In this document: positions 48,264-61,225 of the stretch, piece after piece
How positions within the stretch are numbered: the first letter of the stretch is position 1
Layout of the letters: each line of letters starts with the position of its first letter
Source: Camelus ferus
Lineage: Eukaryota
Direction: 5' to 3'
NCBI RefSeq assembly: GCF_009834535.1
Contig: NC_045696.1
Location: 6,572,001-6,636,000 of the forward strand
DNA length: 64,000 bases
Notes under the pieces: model-generated
What the model was told of the DNA's origin: nothing
The model's database searches: none
What the model saw: only the letters and a program-made list of their open reading frames with translations
Program-made: the position numbers and the translations under genes

Positions 48264-48892
48264 ATATTGGTTTTCTATTGCTGCATACCAAATTACTTAG
48301 TGATTTACAACTACAAAAGTATATTATCTCATATGGCCATGGGTCAGGAGTCCAGGCACAGAGCTGCTGGGTCATCTACTCAAAGTCTCATTAGGTTGAA
48401 ATCGATCAATTAGCCAGGGCTGGAATCTCATGTGAACCTCAGGGTCTTCTTCCCAATTCACTGGTTGTTGGCAGAATTAAGATCCTTGCAGTCGTAGGAC
48501 TGAGGTCCCCATTTTCTTGCTGGCTGTTGGCCTGGGTTTTTCTCAGCCTCTCCAGGCCACCCTCAGATCCTAGCTACATGGACCCTTCAATGGCCAGTTC
48601 AAACATGGCAGCTTGCTTCTCCCAGGCCAGCGGTAGCATGAGGTTTCTTTTAGACCTCAAGACCTTAAAAACTCACCTGATTAGATCAGGCTCACTTAAG
48701 ACAATAGCTTTTTCATTAACTCTGCTCTTCAGGGACCTTAAATGCATCTGCAAAAATCCCGTTTATCATCTGTGGTAACAGAGTCACAGAAGCCATATCC
48801 TCTCATATCCATAGGTTTTGCCCAAACTCAGAAGAGGAGATTATGCAGGGATGTGGGTTATCATGGATCATCTTACAATTCTACCTGCCACA
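48264..48892 (-). mobile_element. MLT1E/F-type LTR
   Basis: tattggttttctattgctgcatacc...gggtcaggagtccaggcacag...gtcgtaggactgaggtcccc...caattctacctgccaca. Confidence 0.8.
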
Positions 48893-49194
48893 GAAGAAAA
48901 GTACTCCTTTGGAGACAAGATTAAAGAAAAGCTGTCAGAAAAATTTTCTTCTTTCCATTTGGGTGTTTTCTGTATTTGAAATGGATTTGTCTATTGAAAA
49001 TTAGCATCAAGCAGCATACAGTCTCCCTGCAGAGGTGACGGTTGCTCCCTCTGATGGTCAGAGGTGATTTGCCTGGCTCCCACGACTCACCCTTGGGTCT
49101 AATCCTAGGACCACCTCAATGTAATCATCCCCGAAGGGTGGTGAGGCTTTGGTGCATGTCAGCATCAACCTTCAACACCAGCCTGAATGTTCTC

Positions 49195-49574
49195 CTATTA
49201 AGGAGACTGAATGTCTGCGTCCCCACAAAATTCACAGGTTGAAGCCTAAATCCTCAATGTGATGGTATTTGGAGGCGGGGATTTTCGGAAGTAATTACGT
49301 GATGAGAGCGGAGTCCTTATGAATGGGATTCATTTCATGCCCTATAAGAAGATGAGAGAGAGAGAGAGAGAGAGAGAATGACTTTGAGCCATTCAAGGAC
49401 ACAGTGAGACGACAGCTGTCTGCAAACCAGGAAGTGGGACTTCCCCAGACGATAGGTCTGCCGGCACCTTGATCTTGGCCTTCGCAGCCTTCAGAACTGT
49501 GAGAAATAAATGTCTGTTTTTTAAGCCATCCAGTCTGCAGTATCCTGTTACAGCAGCCCAAACGGACTAAGACA
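49195..49574 (+). mobile_element. MLT1A0-type LTR containing (GA)n
   Basis: gactgaatgtctgcgtccccacaaaattcacaggttgaagcctaaatcctcaatgtgatggtatttggaggcgggg...agcagcccaaacggactaagaca. Confidence 0.88.
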
Positions 49575-50196
49575 GGTACTGTTACTGGACCAGGCATTAG
49601 ACGGCATGTGGAAGACAACAGGGAGGGTGCTGAGGGTCTGAGCAGGGCAGCCCCTTCCCCCCTCTCTCTGGGGTTCCCAGACATGCATTCTGAATCTCTG
49701 TAAATTACCCAAACTCTGGGCGTTGATGGTCAGTCGTCGCAGATTTTCAGGCGGTCTGCTGCTAAGAATAGTTTAAAGGCAGTAGGAAAGGAAATATGGG
49801 AGGAATGAGAGGGTTCAGTCCACATTCCCCTTCATCGTACAGAAGATTTAGAGCTTTAATCTGCCTCAACTTTGCTTGCGGAACCCTAGGGCCTCACTGC
49901 GACCATTGCATTCAAAGTATAGAAAGTTATTTTAGGCTGTTTTTGAAGCTTCCTAAAAAGACTGTTGAATGAGGTAGAGAGAAGCTGTGTGGACTAGACA
50001 TGTCTGAAGGTTCCTTCCCAAATGGCACCATCCCCCTCACTCCTCCCTGAGCCAATCTGAGAGGCCGTTTCAAGGCTAATCTCGAATAATTTGGGAAAAT
50101 CAGGTCAACGCTGGGCCCCATGCAGGGGTCTAGGAGGGCTGAGCTAAATTCCAAAAGGTTTTCTGTTGTCATTATTCTGTTGTTATGAGACCAAAC

Positions 50197-50400
50197 CAGT
50201 GGTTCTCACTCAGGGGTAATTTTTCTCCCAAGGGGACATTGGGCACTGCCTGGAGACATTTTGGGGGATCATAACCAGGGAAGCACTCCTGGCTTTTAGT
50301 GGAGGCCAGAGATACTGCTAACATCTTACAGTGCACAGGACAGCCCTCAAGACAAAGAATTATCTAGTCCAAAATCTTAACAGTGTGCAGAGTGGGAAGC
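50197..50400 (-). mobile_element. MER20
   Basis: cagtggttctcactcaggggtaattt...gcctggagacattttggggg...cagtgcacaggacagccc...aagaattatctagtccaaaa. Confidence 0.85.
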
Positions 50401-50659
50401 TTGGGCTAAACCAAAGCCTTGGGCCTGCACACTTCCACCAAGGCCAGCCTGTGTGTGAGGCCAGAACATGGGAGGCTGGGTTTCTGGAGCTGTGGACACT
50501 GGTGCCCCTCCTCATGCCCTTTCCCCAAGGAGGTGGCATGCTGCCTGATCCCCAGCATCATGTGTCTGCCGGCCTGCCCTGCAGAAAACTCAAGATCCTC
50601 GATCTAGAAGCCCAGCCCTCCCCAGGAGCTCCAGGCAGAACCTGGGTGCAGCTGAGCTG

Positions 50660-50676
50660 AGCACCAGGGGGCGCTG
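50660..50676 (+). promoter_or_regulatory. Strong CTCF motif (forward)
   Basis: agCACCAGGGGGCGCTg closely matches the canonical core CCACCAGGGGGCGC. Confidence 0.6.
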
Positions 50677-51109
50677 CTCCCCCCCACCCCTGGGTCGGCT
50701 GACCTCTAGGGGCAGGTGGGAAGGAGCCAGAGCCCGGGTCTTTAGCTGAGGATCATTGTGTTCAGGACTTCATTCCCTGTCACATAGGTAGATCCCGAAA
50801 AATCGTGGTGCGGAGAAATGATTTTTACTTTCCAAAGAAAATAAAGGATTCTGTGAAAGGAGAGAAAACGTCCTGCCGGGTGATGACAGAAGCCAGCCAG
50901 CACACGAGGCTGCAGCTTGAACTCAGTGTGCGCACAAGCAACCCTATTTTGTACATTTGTGTTAGCATGTTCCAGAAAAAAATAAAAGAAATAGAAAATA
51001 CTGGAATTTGGGGGCTGGGGGGAGGCTGCGGGTGCTAACTAAACCAAGGCTCCTGGGTGTTTCTGGTCACTGGCATCTCTGGGGAAGCCTTGCTCTCCTT
51101 GCCCTGTGA

Positions 51110-51315
51110 CCTCGGGTGTTGTGCAGAGGCTTTGGAGCCAGACACGCTGGGTGTGGTTGCTTATCATCTGTGTGTCCTTGGGGTTGTTACTTGACCTTTC
51201 TGGGCTGCGGTTTCCTTATCTGTCAATTGAGATAATAATACTGCCTAGGCACAGAGCTGTTGAGAGAATGAAGTCAATAAACATTTGTAAGGTGCTTAGA
51301 ACAATGTCTGGCCTT
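51110..51315 (+). mobile_element. MIR SINE
   Basis: gctttggagccagac...gttacttgacctttctgggctgcggtttccttatctgtcaattgagataataata...aaggtgcttagaacaatgtctggc. Confidence 0.85.
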
Positions 51316-53758
51316 TAGCTCCCGCTGCCTAAATGTCGGCTGACTCATCCCAAGGACTTTTTTGGTAGCTGTGACACCCAGTGATTAGGATCTCTTCCTG
51401 TGGCTGACCCTGGAGGCAGTGCCTCATTCAGGACCAGCAGACACGGCACCACGGTAGCCACTCTGCCTGGCTCTGTAAGCAGCGCACACACCTTGAAGGA
51501 CCTTTCATCCACAAGGAGAAACCCAGAAGTCTTCGTGAAGCTGAGCTTCGCCAGAAATTCAGTTCACTGGACTCTGGTCCAGCGGCATCATTTTGGCTGT
51601 TTCCTCTGAGGCGTTCACTCTTCCCGCTGGATGGCATGCCACTTTCCTGGGTTTCTGCTTCCTCCTGCTTCTCCTGGGTGTAGATCATTGCTCTTGTTTT
51701 GTTTTGAAGGGAACACTGGTGCTGGAGAAGTTTCTAGAAAGAGCGTGGAGACAGTGAACTCTAACAGCCCCATTTAGCCCTGGGGGGACAGAGGCCTGGG
51801 GAGGGGAGGGACTCGTCCAAGGACAGGCCAGCTTGGAGCAGCACCATCCCCTCCACTCCCATGTCCATTACATTCTGGATCATGGAGAAGTGACCAGCAG
51901 ATGGTGACCAGCCAATGGTCCTGCTGCCTTCCTGGTAACAAGAAAAGTGGCCCTGTGGCTATCCCTGAGGACACTATGGGCGGTTGTGGGGGGAGGTGAG
52001 GGGTTGAGAAATACATTCTCTTCCCCTTCCCCATCACATTTCCCACAGTGGAGGTTCCACCAGGAGTAGGGGTGCCAGGTTCCACCCTCCCAACCACACA
52101 AAATCCAGATCGACTGGGCTTCCTTAGAAATATTCAGTGCCTGGCCCTTCTGTCTACGTCTCCTGGTCTCACAGCCTCCTCTGCTGGTGGGAGGTGACTG
52201 GAGACTGTCAAATAGGGAGGGTGATGTATGCTGTTTCCACCTGCTGTCCTGGCACAACCATTAAATGCCTCTCTACTCTCATAGGTGCCCCAGTTTGGAA
52301 GCTGTATTATAGAATCCTACACTTCGCATCTCCTGGAACTCAGCAGCCGGGAGGCATATTTGTGTGTCGTGGAGGGTGGGCGTAGGGAGTGTCAGTTGTA
52401 GCAGTGGGTCCCCCACCCTTCCTCCCCTGCCCAGTGCAGGCCCCGCTGGTACAGCCAGACGTGGGCACACACAGGGCAGGTGGAATGGGCTACCCCAGGG
52501 CTGGCATCGCAGTGCAGGATATGATGGCCCAAACTCCATGTGAAGTAGAAAAAGGAGGGTGGGCTCAGCCTCCAGGCAGACCTGATAGAGCCTCGCAGAG
52601 TGTGAACGAAGACTAGGGATAAGGTATATATCGTGCCTGGCATATCTGAATTGCTCAGCACCACAGCAGAGTTACTGCACGGCAGCCTGTACTAACGTCC
52701 TCACACCATTAACACCATTATACCATTAATGCGTTTGCATTGCACATAACCACGGCTGAAACTGGGCTGTGAACTTTGGGATCTTGGTGGGACTGCAGGG
52801 TGTTGTCTGTGGGGAGCAGCATAAGCCAGCACCTGCAGCCTTCTGCTGAGCGAGAGAGGGGCTCACTGGATGCTTGGGGTGGTCTCTCCCCAAGAGGGGC
52901 ATCTAACTGCACGTGCGTAAAGCAAGCACTTCTCCCAAATGCCCGCTTACATCTATTGCTTTCATGGGACCGAGGAGGCTCTGTGGTGCAAAAGGCTTTA
53001 AGTACCTCTTACTTACCGGATTCGCCCAGACCTGTCGAGGGATGCACAGCACTCACAGGAGCACACTGCAGGAGGGACCAACTGGAGCAGAAAGAGGATT
53101 TGAGACAGAAATCTCCAGGAGGGAGGGAGGAGATGGGCAAGTTCCCCGAACCCAGTGCCAGGCACTGAGAATTGGAACCAAATGATGGTTAGATCCATCA
53201 GCTAGATCCAGTGTGTCTCTGTCCGCAATTGTAAGTGATTAGTAGGTGTTTTTGTTAAAGGCATCTTTATCCTCTATCCCTTCTACCGCTAGACCCCAGC
53301 TCCACCAGGGCAGGACCCTGTCTTCTCCATCACACCATCTCCCTCATCCTAGTGCGGAGCCTGGTACCCGGCAGGTGGTGATGAGCTCCGTGGGGTGTCT
53401 GGCGGGCCCTGCATATGGGAGGAGCTGACCCCTCTCCTCCTGCCTCCCCAGCCAGGTGTGTGGGCTCCAGGTGAGCAGCTGCGGGGGAAAGAATTCAAAG
53501 GATGGGGTCCCACTGAGTGGGCACAACTCAAAGAGCATGTATGGGGCCAGGAAAGCACACAGGGGTGAGGAGGGGGATGCGTTTCCAGATGGCTGAGGGG
53601 GCCTGTGCTGGCCGGGGAGGAGCTGCCTTTTTGGAACTGTCAGCTCTGGGAAGCCAGATCTGTCTAGACCAGCTGCAGTGACAACCAGGACTGGAGGTGC
53701 TGGGACTATCAGAGTCGTGGGTTCTGAAAAGGATGGGCTTTCTCCCAGACGGGCACCA

Positions 53759-54117
53759 AGGTGCACGTACCAGTGTAATATGTAACGCATATTAATGTAA
53801 CATGGACGGTGTTATTCATGCAGTATGAAAGGTCTCAGTGTAATACACGGTGTGTGGTTGAGATGTATAATGTGTAATGAGTTATTAATGCAACACACAA
53901 TGTGCTGTTCATGTCATGTAAAATGTATTAGTCATGCAATGCAATGTGCTATCGATGTGACGTGTAACGTGTCTCAGGGCAACATATGGCACGTATTCAT
54001 GTGACATGAAATGCACGTTCATGTGCTGTGTAGCGTGTAAACACTGGAATACGTAGCGTGTGTTAGTGTGGTGTGTAAAGTGTGGTCACACGCTACGTAA
54101 GGTGCATTGATGTAATC
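53759..54117. repeat. Cryptic, degenerate TGTAA/TTCATG-rich alternating purine-pyrimidine tract
   Basis: About 10 TGTAA and 4 TTCATG in ~360 bp, with no clean unit. Confidence 0.7.
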
Positions 54118-54504
54118 CGAGAGGTGTTAAAGTTGATGGGCTGTGGAATGTAAGTTGGATGCAGTTGGAATTAGAATGGCGGTGGTGCCCAGACGGCCTG
54201 TCTTGACCAGGTCTTTTCTTCTCAAAGGCTGGGTGGGGACACAGTCCCAGGTACAAGGTCGCAGGGAAAGACCTGGACTTTCCACTGCCGAAGGGAAAGT
54301 CCAGAGGAACTGAAACAGAGCCAACCGTGCACGCACATACACACTCCCTGCTGTATTTTCAAGGAACAGTAACTTGTAACTCACTTTGCTCTCTAGCCCT
54401 TTAAACAAATTATTTTTGAAGGCTTTCAAAATAATGACTACTTTAAAGGACCATTCAAAACACTAGGCCTTCCAGCTGCCTTCTCAGAGCAGAGGGAGGA
54501 TATA

Positions 54505-54610
54505 GACAGAAAGACGGATGACAGGCAGATGAGAGATGGATGGATAGATGGATAGGAATAGACAATGGATGGATAGATAGAGGAGGATAGGAATGGACGC
54601 TGGATGGACA
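54505..54610. repeat. Degenerate (GATG/GATA)n tetranucleotide repeat
   Basis: gatggatggatagatggatagg...atggatggatagatag. Confidence 0.8.
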
Positions 54611-54656
54611 CACATGTCTGATATGTGCATGTGTGTGTCCTGTGCCTTCTCTTCAT

Positions 54657-54867
54657 TAGGGTTCTCACCTCAGCACCACTGACACTTTAGGGCAGATAAT
54701 TCTTTGTTATGGGGCTGTCCTGTGTTTTGTAAGGCGTTTAGCAGCATCTTTGGTCTCTACCCACTAAATGCCAATGGCACCCCTCCAGCTGTGACACCCA
54801 AAAACATCTCTAGACAGATCCATTGATCCCTGATAAATGCAAAATCATGGCCAGTTGAGAAGCCCTG
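54657..54867 (+). mobile_element. MER20
   Basis: gggttctcacctcagcaccactgacactttagggcagataattctttgttatggggctgtcctgtg...ccagttgagaagccctg. Confidence 0.88.
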
Positions 54868-54879
54868 CTCTGCCCTCTC

Positions 54880-55100
54880 AGGGAGGGCACAGCGACACAT
54901 GGAAGGGCTCAGACCCTGGAGCTGAATGGCCTTGGTTCAAATCCTGACTCTCCATGTAGTAGCTTGTGGCCTCAGGCAAACTGACTTCTCTGTACCTCGA
55001 CGTTCTCATCTGAAAAACAGGGCTGACGACATCAGCACCAACATGGCGCCTTTGCTCTGAGAACCAGATGAGTTAAGGTGCGTTGAGCATTTGCTACAGG
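54880..55100 (+). mobile_element. MIR SINE
   Basis: ggctcagaccctggagctgaatggccttggttcaaatcctgactctcc...ctcatctgaaaaacaggg. Confidence 0.75.
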
Positions 55101-57707
55101 CTATGGGAAGCGAGAGGCTAGCTCTTGTCATTCTAAGTCCCCAAAGAAACAGAATGGAGATGTAAGGAAACGGTGTTCCCCAACCAAAAACCACCAAGAA
55201 TAAAGAAAATGAGAATGAGCATTTCTGGACATGCATTTTGACCCTTAGCCAGCGACCCCTTGTGTCTGTAATCTGATGGGGTTCATGTGAGGTGGCATCT
55301 TCCGTGCATGACAAGGGGACTTAGGAAAACACAGAGCGTCTTCGTAATAAGGGGGTGCCAAACAGGGAGGTGTGTAGTGCTTGGCAAAGAGCAAATTCCA
55401 TTTATGTTTAACCCCTTCATCCTCTTCCACAGTTACTGGCATGAGGTTTCTACCCTTACCCGGAACCCCCAACCCCGCTGCTCAAGGGTCTCCGTGACCC
55501 TCCACTGGAACCTGTGGGACAGAGTCAGAGGGACCGTCCTCAGCCACAGGGTGGCTTCACCCTTGTGCTTCCATTGCAAGGTTGGGAACCTCTACTCTTG
55601 TAAGGATGTGGGTCCCATTTCAGGATCATCACTTCCTTCTGAATCGTTTCACTCTTGTGACTTTGCTGAGGACAAGCTCAGCACTCGGGACCCGAGGGAC
55701 AAGGAGCGAATCCACACACCCACCAGGGCGACTGGAGAGTCACAGAGCCCAGGCCTCCCTGAGATGCCCGGGGTCCCCTAGGTGCTGCCGTAATGGGCTC
55801 CACCCAGCAGGACCCTAGAGCGCAGAAGGCTGCCCTGTGGCTGCCTCACCTCCGGGGGGAAGGGGACAGAAGTGTATTTCCCTCTGTGAGGCCTTTAATT
55901 TTCAAGGGGTACAAAATTCCAGCTCTCTAATGATAGGAGCATGTGGGGTGCTGCAGATTTGTGTGTGTCTGAGTGTATGTGTGTGATTTTTTTTTAAAAT
56001 TCAAGCTCCCTAATTAGCCATAAGAGGTTTGACTTTTCCTCGAACATACAATTCCTGGGAAGTATGAGTTGCTCATGGAAGGTCATTGTCACCATCTGGT
56101 CTCCAACTGACTTGGCAAACAAAACAGGTAAATAAGGCTGGTTTTTAATAAAATCGAACGCTTTTGGCCTACAGATGAAAATGTATTAAAAGAAGCCAAA
56201 TATTATAATTGCTGGGAAATCTGTTGATGATCAGCTTTGAAACCTTTGTGGCTCCTTTCTTGCCATGTATCACCATTTGTCATATTCTGCTTCCCACGTT
56301 TTTGGAAAGATGATCAGATGGAAACCAGGCTGCTGCTGTCAGGCAGGTGAGAACCAGATGGCCCAGGAGGGATAGAAACCAGAAAGTTAGTGGGCAAGGA
56401 GCCCGGCCCGCCAAGCCTGCCTGGGGCAGGCGCCAGGGCCAGGCGGGCTCCGAAGACTGTCCCAGCTCTCTGTCCCTAGTTATCAAGGATGGGGTATAGG
56501 TCACCTTTAGCTAAGGAGACGTGTGACAGGTGAGGAGAAGGGGGGTGCCTGCAGGATGGAGTGAGGCTTCCAGCTAACAGCACCGTTTGCAGGTGAATAA
56601 AGGTAACACTACCTGTCTTTCTGAGACCTTTGAACCCGTGAGACAGTAAGTCTTTTGCATCCTTTTCCATCTGTATTTTGTGTCTTTCCATTGTCTTTTG
56701 TGCATCCCATAGAGAGAAGCAGGTCCTTTGTATCCCCACCACTTTTCTGCTCACAAATCCCTTGACAGTAAATCTAGATGTGAGTCTGGTCACAGCAAAG
56801 CAAAACTCAAACTTGTAATTCCTGCTTCCCAGTGTCAGAAGGTCTACGGGATCGCTCCTCCGAAGGGGAGCCCTCAGCAGAGATCCAGACGTGACCTCGT
56901 TACTTGTCAATAACCTACCAGGAAAAATTGGCTTTGATAAAACAGAATTCAGACCTCGTCTCTCGGGAAAAACTATTTCTGAAATGCAGCACTGAACCTC
57001 AGTTCTTCCTGCTCGGCCCGGTTCCCTTTCCTCTTTATCGAGGGCCAGACGTTCGTGATTTGAGCACAGCAGTTCAGAAATCATCTCTTCTCTCCACCAT
57101 CAATCAGGTATTTCTCTTCGTGCCATTTCCTTCTGCCTTGGGTGGGGCAAAGGACACTTTCAGATTTTCAACCACCAAGGGAGAGCAAGCCTTTCAGCTT
57201 GGAGGGCACTGCTGGCGAGGAAGAGGCAGAAGCCAAGAGACAGAGGAGAGGAAAACAGAAGAAGATCCAAGACTAAAGGGAAAGGGAGGGAGAAGTGGAC
57301 AGTGCGGGTACCAGGGGCGACCGCGCAGTCGCCGACAAAGGGCACTGCTCTATTTGCAGGCAGCTGCCTGGAACTCTGAAAATCTTTGTACAGAAACCAG
57401 CTCTGCTACTTCCTAATTGTGGGATCTTGAGTGAGTTCCTTGGTCTCTCTAAGCCTCAGCTCTGGCCACACAGCATTATTAAGATGAGAGGAGCAGGGCA
57501 TGTTATGAAAGTCCCAAGAGTGTGGCAGGCCGATGATGCCTCTGAACTTGCAGTCGCCAGGTGTTGCCGTGACCACATTGCGTGACATCATAGGCTGTCA
57601 TTGTTACCATGTTCTGCACTGGTCCCTAAACCAGGGCGGGGAAAATGAAATTGGATATTATATTCTCTTACATTTAAAACCAATTCTATTTTTTAAAAAA
57701 TTTTAAG

Positions 57708-58293
57708 TGTTGTGGGAGAATAAGTCCTTGCCTCACCCAGGAAAGAGTTCAAGAGCAAGGCGTGGTAAAGTGAAAGTAAGGTTATTTAGGAGACGCACAC
57801 TCCGTGGCCAGAGCCAGGTCTGTCTCACTCAGAAGGGAAGATGGCTTAGGAGACACACGCTCCACAGGCAGAATGTGGGCCATCTCAGGAAGGTGAGAGG
57901 GAGAGAAGCCGAGGTGTGGGGTGTTTAGTTTCAAGTAAAAGTAGACACACCCTCCATGGACAGAGAGCAGGCCATCTCAGAAGGCAAGAGAGTGACAACG
58001 AGGTGCGGAGTTACTAGGTTTTGTGGACCGGCTAATTTCACATTCTAATGAGTAGGAAGATTATTCCAACTACTTTGGGGAAGGGGTGAGGATTTCCAGG
58101 AAACACCCCTGGCCCACTTTTCGCTTTTTATGGTCAGCCTGGGAGCTGTCCTGGCGCCCGTGGGTGTGCCGTGAGGCTGAAGGTCCCCTGGAAGCCAGAC
58201 CTTCCGCCCCCTTGGTTCTAACCGCTGTGTCCTGCCCTCTGTGGCTGTGTCAGTCCTCCAGTGGCTGTGCCCTGCCCCTTTCCTCCCACTTCA
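57708..58293 (-). mobile_element. Solo ERV1-type LTR, 586 bp, with 4-bp TSD
   Basis: TG...CA ends (57708, 58293) flanked by TAAG on both sides (57704-57707, 58294-58297). Three internal degenerate repeats of the form agacacacgctccacaggcagaatgtgggccatctcag. Orientation is inferred. Confidence 0.85.
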
Positions 58294-58407
58294 TAAGAAC
58301 AGGGCTTTAAGCTGTAGGTTTTCGTTTCATTTATACTTTGTAAACCGTGGTCACACATTGAGACAATGAAATTGTCCTAAAAGAATAGATCCTCAAATCG
58401 TTAAGTA

Positions 58408-58532
58408 AAAAGAAGGAGGGAGAAGGTGAGAGGGGGAAGGAGGAGGAGGGAACAAAGAAGATGAAGAAGACAAATAAGAGAAAGGAAAAGGAAGAGGAGA
58501 GAAAGAAGAGGAAGAAGAAAGAAGAGAAGCAA
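58408..58532. repeat. Polypurine (GAA/GGA)-rich low-complexity tract
   Basis: Almost pure A/G over ~125 bp. Confidence 0.9.
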
Positions 58533-59049
58533 GGGCCGTAGTCAGTCTCGGGTCAATTATGTTGCCTCCAAGTTCGTTACATCTACAGAGAACCCTGCAG
58601 AGCGGCCCAAAGGAGGAAGGTCATTTGCTGAAGAACCAGATAAGAACCAGCTGCTCACCTTCCTCAGGCTCCCTCCGTGTTACCCATCTGGGGAGCACTG
58701 CCTGCACCAGTGCGCAGGGAACCCAAAGCAGTCGGATGAGCAGGTGGAACAAATCTGCCGAACAGACCAGCGCAGGCCCCGTCTCAGTGCCAGCCTCACA
58801 CGCCCAGCGCCTGCCCTGGTGATGCACTCGTCCTGCAAGGAGCTCTCGGGGGAAAGACTCTGGACAACTGTGTTTGGGACATGCCCCAAACCCTATTCTT
58901 CCCTCACAGAGTCAGAGTGCCAGCTAGCACAGAGGCAAGTCCTGAGGTTGAAACAGAGGCTGAGTGTTTGTTACCCCTGGGGAGCTGGGATTCTCTGGTC
59001 GTATGTGCGGAGTCCCTGGATTAACAACAGTGCAGAGAGGCAACACCTC

Positions 59050-59245
59050 GCATTTGCAAACCATTTCACAGTGCACAAAAATTGTCACCTGTTACAAGTT
59101 TACTCTTCCTCCCCATCTTATGAAGGAGGTTTCACAACTCTGACACCTTCCGTTTTACAGATGAAGAACTTGAAGCTCAAATGTGTAAGGAACTGGTCAA
59201 GATCACTAGTGAGTAAGGAAGCCAAGGCCAAGGCCCCCATCTCTT
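59050..59245 (-). mobile_element. MIR SINE
   Basis: ccgttttacagatgaagaacttgaagctcaaatgtgtaaggaactggtcaagatcac. Confidence 0.7.
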
Positions 59246-59689
59246 AACAACTTTTCCTGGTAAATGAGCACCTATAAGCTAAAGCAAAGTGTAGGAAATG
59301 CTTCCGTCCCCAAGGGGTCCCTTTACTCTTTACTAATTTATCCAAAACACACTTGTTCTTGGCTATTAGGAGACTGGACCAGGCTCAGCCTCCAGACATC
59401 ACAGAAGACGACACAGTTTTCGGTGAGAAATGCCTGTTGGGCGTTAGGACAAGACTTTGATTCATCACTCAGAGTCATTTAATTGGCTTCCTCAGAATTA
59501 TAATTTAGCGAAGATAATACCTTATAAACATGGATTTTGGGTAGTAGATGTGAAAGTCACTCAAGAAACACATATTTTGTTTTGTTAAATTATATACACC
59601 ATGTATTTCAAGAACTGCGTGCAATTATTTACATCATTTAGGGGGACGAATTATTTGTGTTGATTGGGTTGGTGCCAGGACCAAGGCCA

Positions 59690-59880
59690 GGCACAGGCTA
59701 GGGGAGCTCACTCAGGCTATACAGCAAATCTATACAACAGCCCCACAAAGAAGGTTTAGTGTTTCTGTTTTGCGCATAGGAGAACTCAGGCTAAGAGGAT
59801 ATTAACACTTGTCTGAGGTGGCTGAGTGGGAGGTCAGAATTTGATCCAGGTCTGCCTGATTTTAAATCCTGAGCTTTCCC
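59690..59880 (-). mobile_element. MIR SINE
   Basis: ctgttttgcgcataggagaactcaggctaagaggatattaacacttgtctgaggt...agaatttgatccaggtctgcctgatttt. Confidence 0.7.
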
Positions 59881-59899
59881 CACCTGCCCTGCAGTCATT

Positions 59900-60064
59900 C
59901 TGCTAGGAATGATATGGAATCTGGGGGGCCCAATGCAAAATTTAAACTCAGGACCCCTTGTTCAAAAAGTATGAAGAATTTCCAAGATGGCGGCCGCAGA
60001 ACATTAAACCGAGCTCGGGGTCCTGTGTGGCTGCACAGGATGCACACCAATGAAGCCTGCCCTG
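59900..60064 (-). mobile_element. MER45A (hAT-Tip100)
   Basis: ggggggcccaatgcaaaa...ccccttgttcaaaaagtatgaagaatttccaagatggcggc...cattaaacc...gaagcctgccctg. Confidence 0.85.
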
Positions 60065-61059
60065 CGTCCTCCCAAGCCGCACACCTGAAAACAAGCTCCT
60101 TACCTTAGGAGTGGAGTGAATTACCTGTGAGCAAGAGACTCACCCTGAGGGTACGTTCTTTACTGTTCACTCACAATTTTCAGATTTTGGTCAGATCTGT
60201 TACTGATTTTCTCTCAATAAAGACTAAATCTGAGCATTGGATGGATGCACTAAAAGAGATTTTTCTCCTAGATACAGCTTTAGCGGGAGGTGTGCAGTGT
60301 GTTAATTCTCCAAGGCCCTGAGTGTTTGATGGGTAGTTGGCTTTTCTGTTTTTGCCGACACGTGGGAGGCGTGTCCAGTGAAATAGTCCCTGGTCTCTGT
60401 ACTGCTTGGAAACCAGACAGTGTGGCTAAAGGGAAGATGAACTGAGTCCAAGGTTCACCTAGAAGTGGTTTCCAGAAGCAGAAACGGACACAGGGTGTTT
60501 GAAAACCAATTTCCGACCTAGCGTTCCATTTCCGTTTCCTTATAATTGGAATGATCTGGATTTAGCCTGTCAGCCTTCACCTTGTGTTTCAAGAGTTTGA
60601 AGAGCAGCACAGGGCGCCGCGTCCTCTGTGCCCTGGGTCTTTGCCCACCGGATGCTGCGGAGGCGGTTCCACGGCACCCCTTCCACTACCGCTCCTCACC
60701 CTCTCCGGCTCCTTGGAACTGTAGCGTCTTGTCATTGAGACACCTCTTGTCACAGGCACAGTCACGGATGCCAGCCTATGGCTCAGAGCCCTTCAGAACA
60801 CAAACTGGAGAGTCACAAGTCCAAGGGACCCCCTGTGGCAGAGTGTGTCAGACAGCGTGTGTGATTCTGCGGGTGAGGAGTCTCAGGGCCAACAGTTCTG
60901 GTCATTTGGGGCTTTGCTGTTGGATTGGACTTTTCACAGCAGTAAGATGGTTCAAGGATTCTTCTAGGTGGTTGCAACTTGCTGGGACAAAGGTCCTAAG
61001 GAAACATCCTTAAATGTATTCCCAGAGTCAGTGGAGTTAGAATTACTATTATCTTCTAA

Positions 61060-61225
61060 AGCTGTGGTTCTTAGATTTCAGGGATGTGAAGTCACCTGGG
61101 AATTTGTTGCACATTCCTGGGCTGTACATCAGCAGAGTCTAATTTGGGAGCTCTGAGGTAGGGCCCAGAAGCTGGAGTTTTGGCGAACACCCAGGGAATT
61201 TTGAAGCAGAAAATGCCTGGCTACA
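61060..61225. mobile_element. MER5A-type remnant
   Basis: ctgtggttcttagatttc...cacctgggaatttgttgcacattcctgggc...agagtctaatttgggagctctgaggtagggcccag. Confidence 0.65.

Noticed and set aside
58465-59247. ~260-codon open frame with a possible acceptor at 58588
   Set aside because: It starts in a polypurine repeat, ends inside a MIR and has no recognisable domain. Probably chance.
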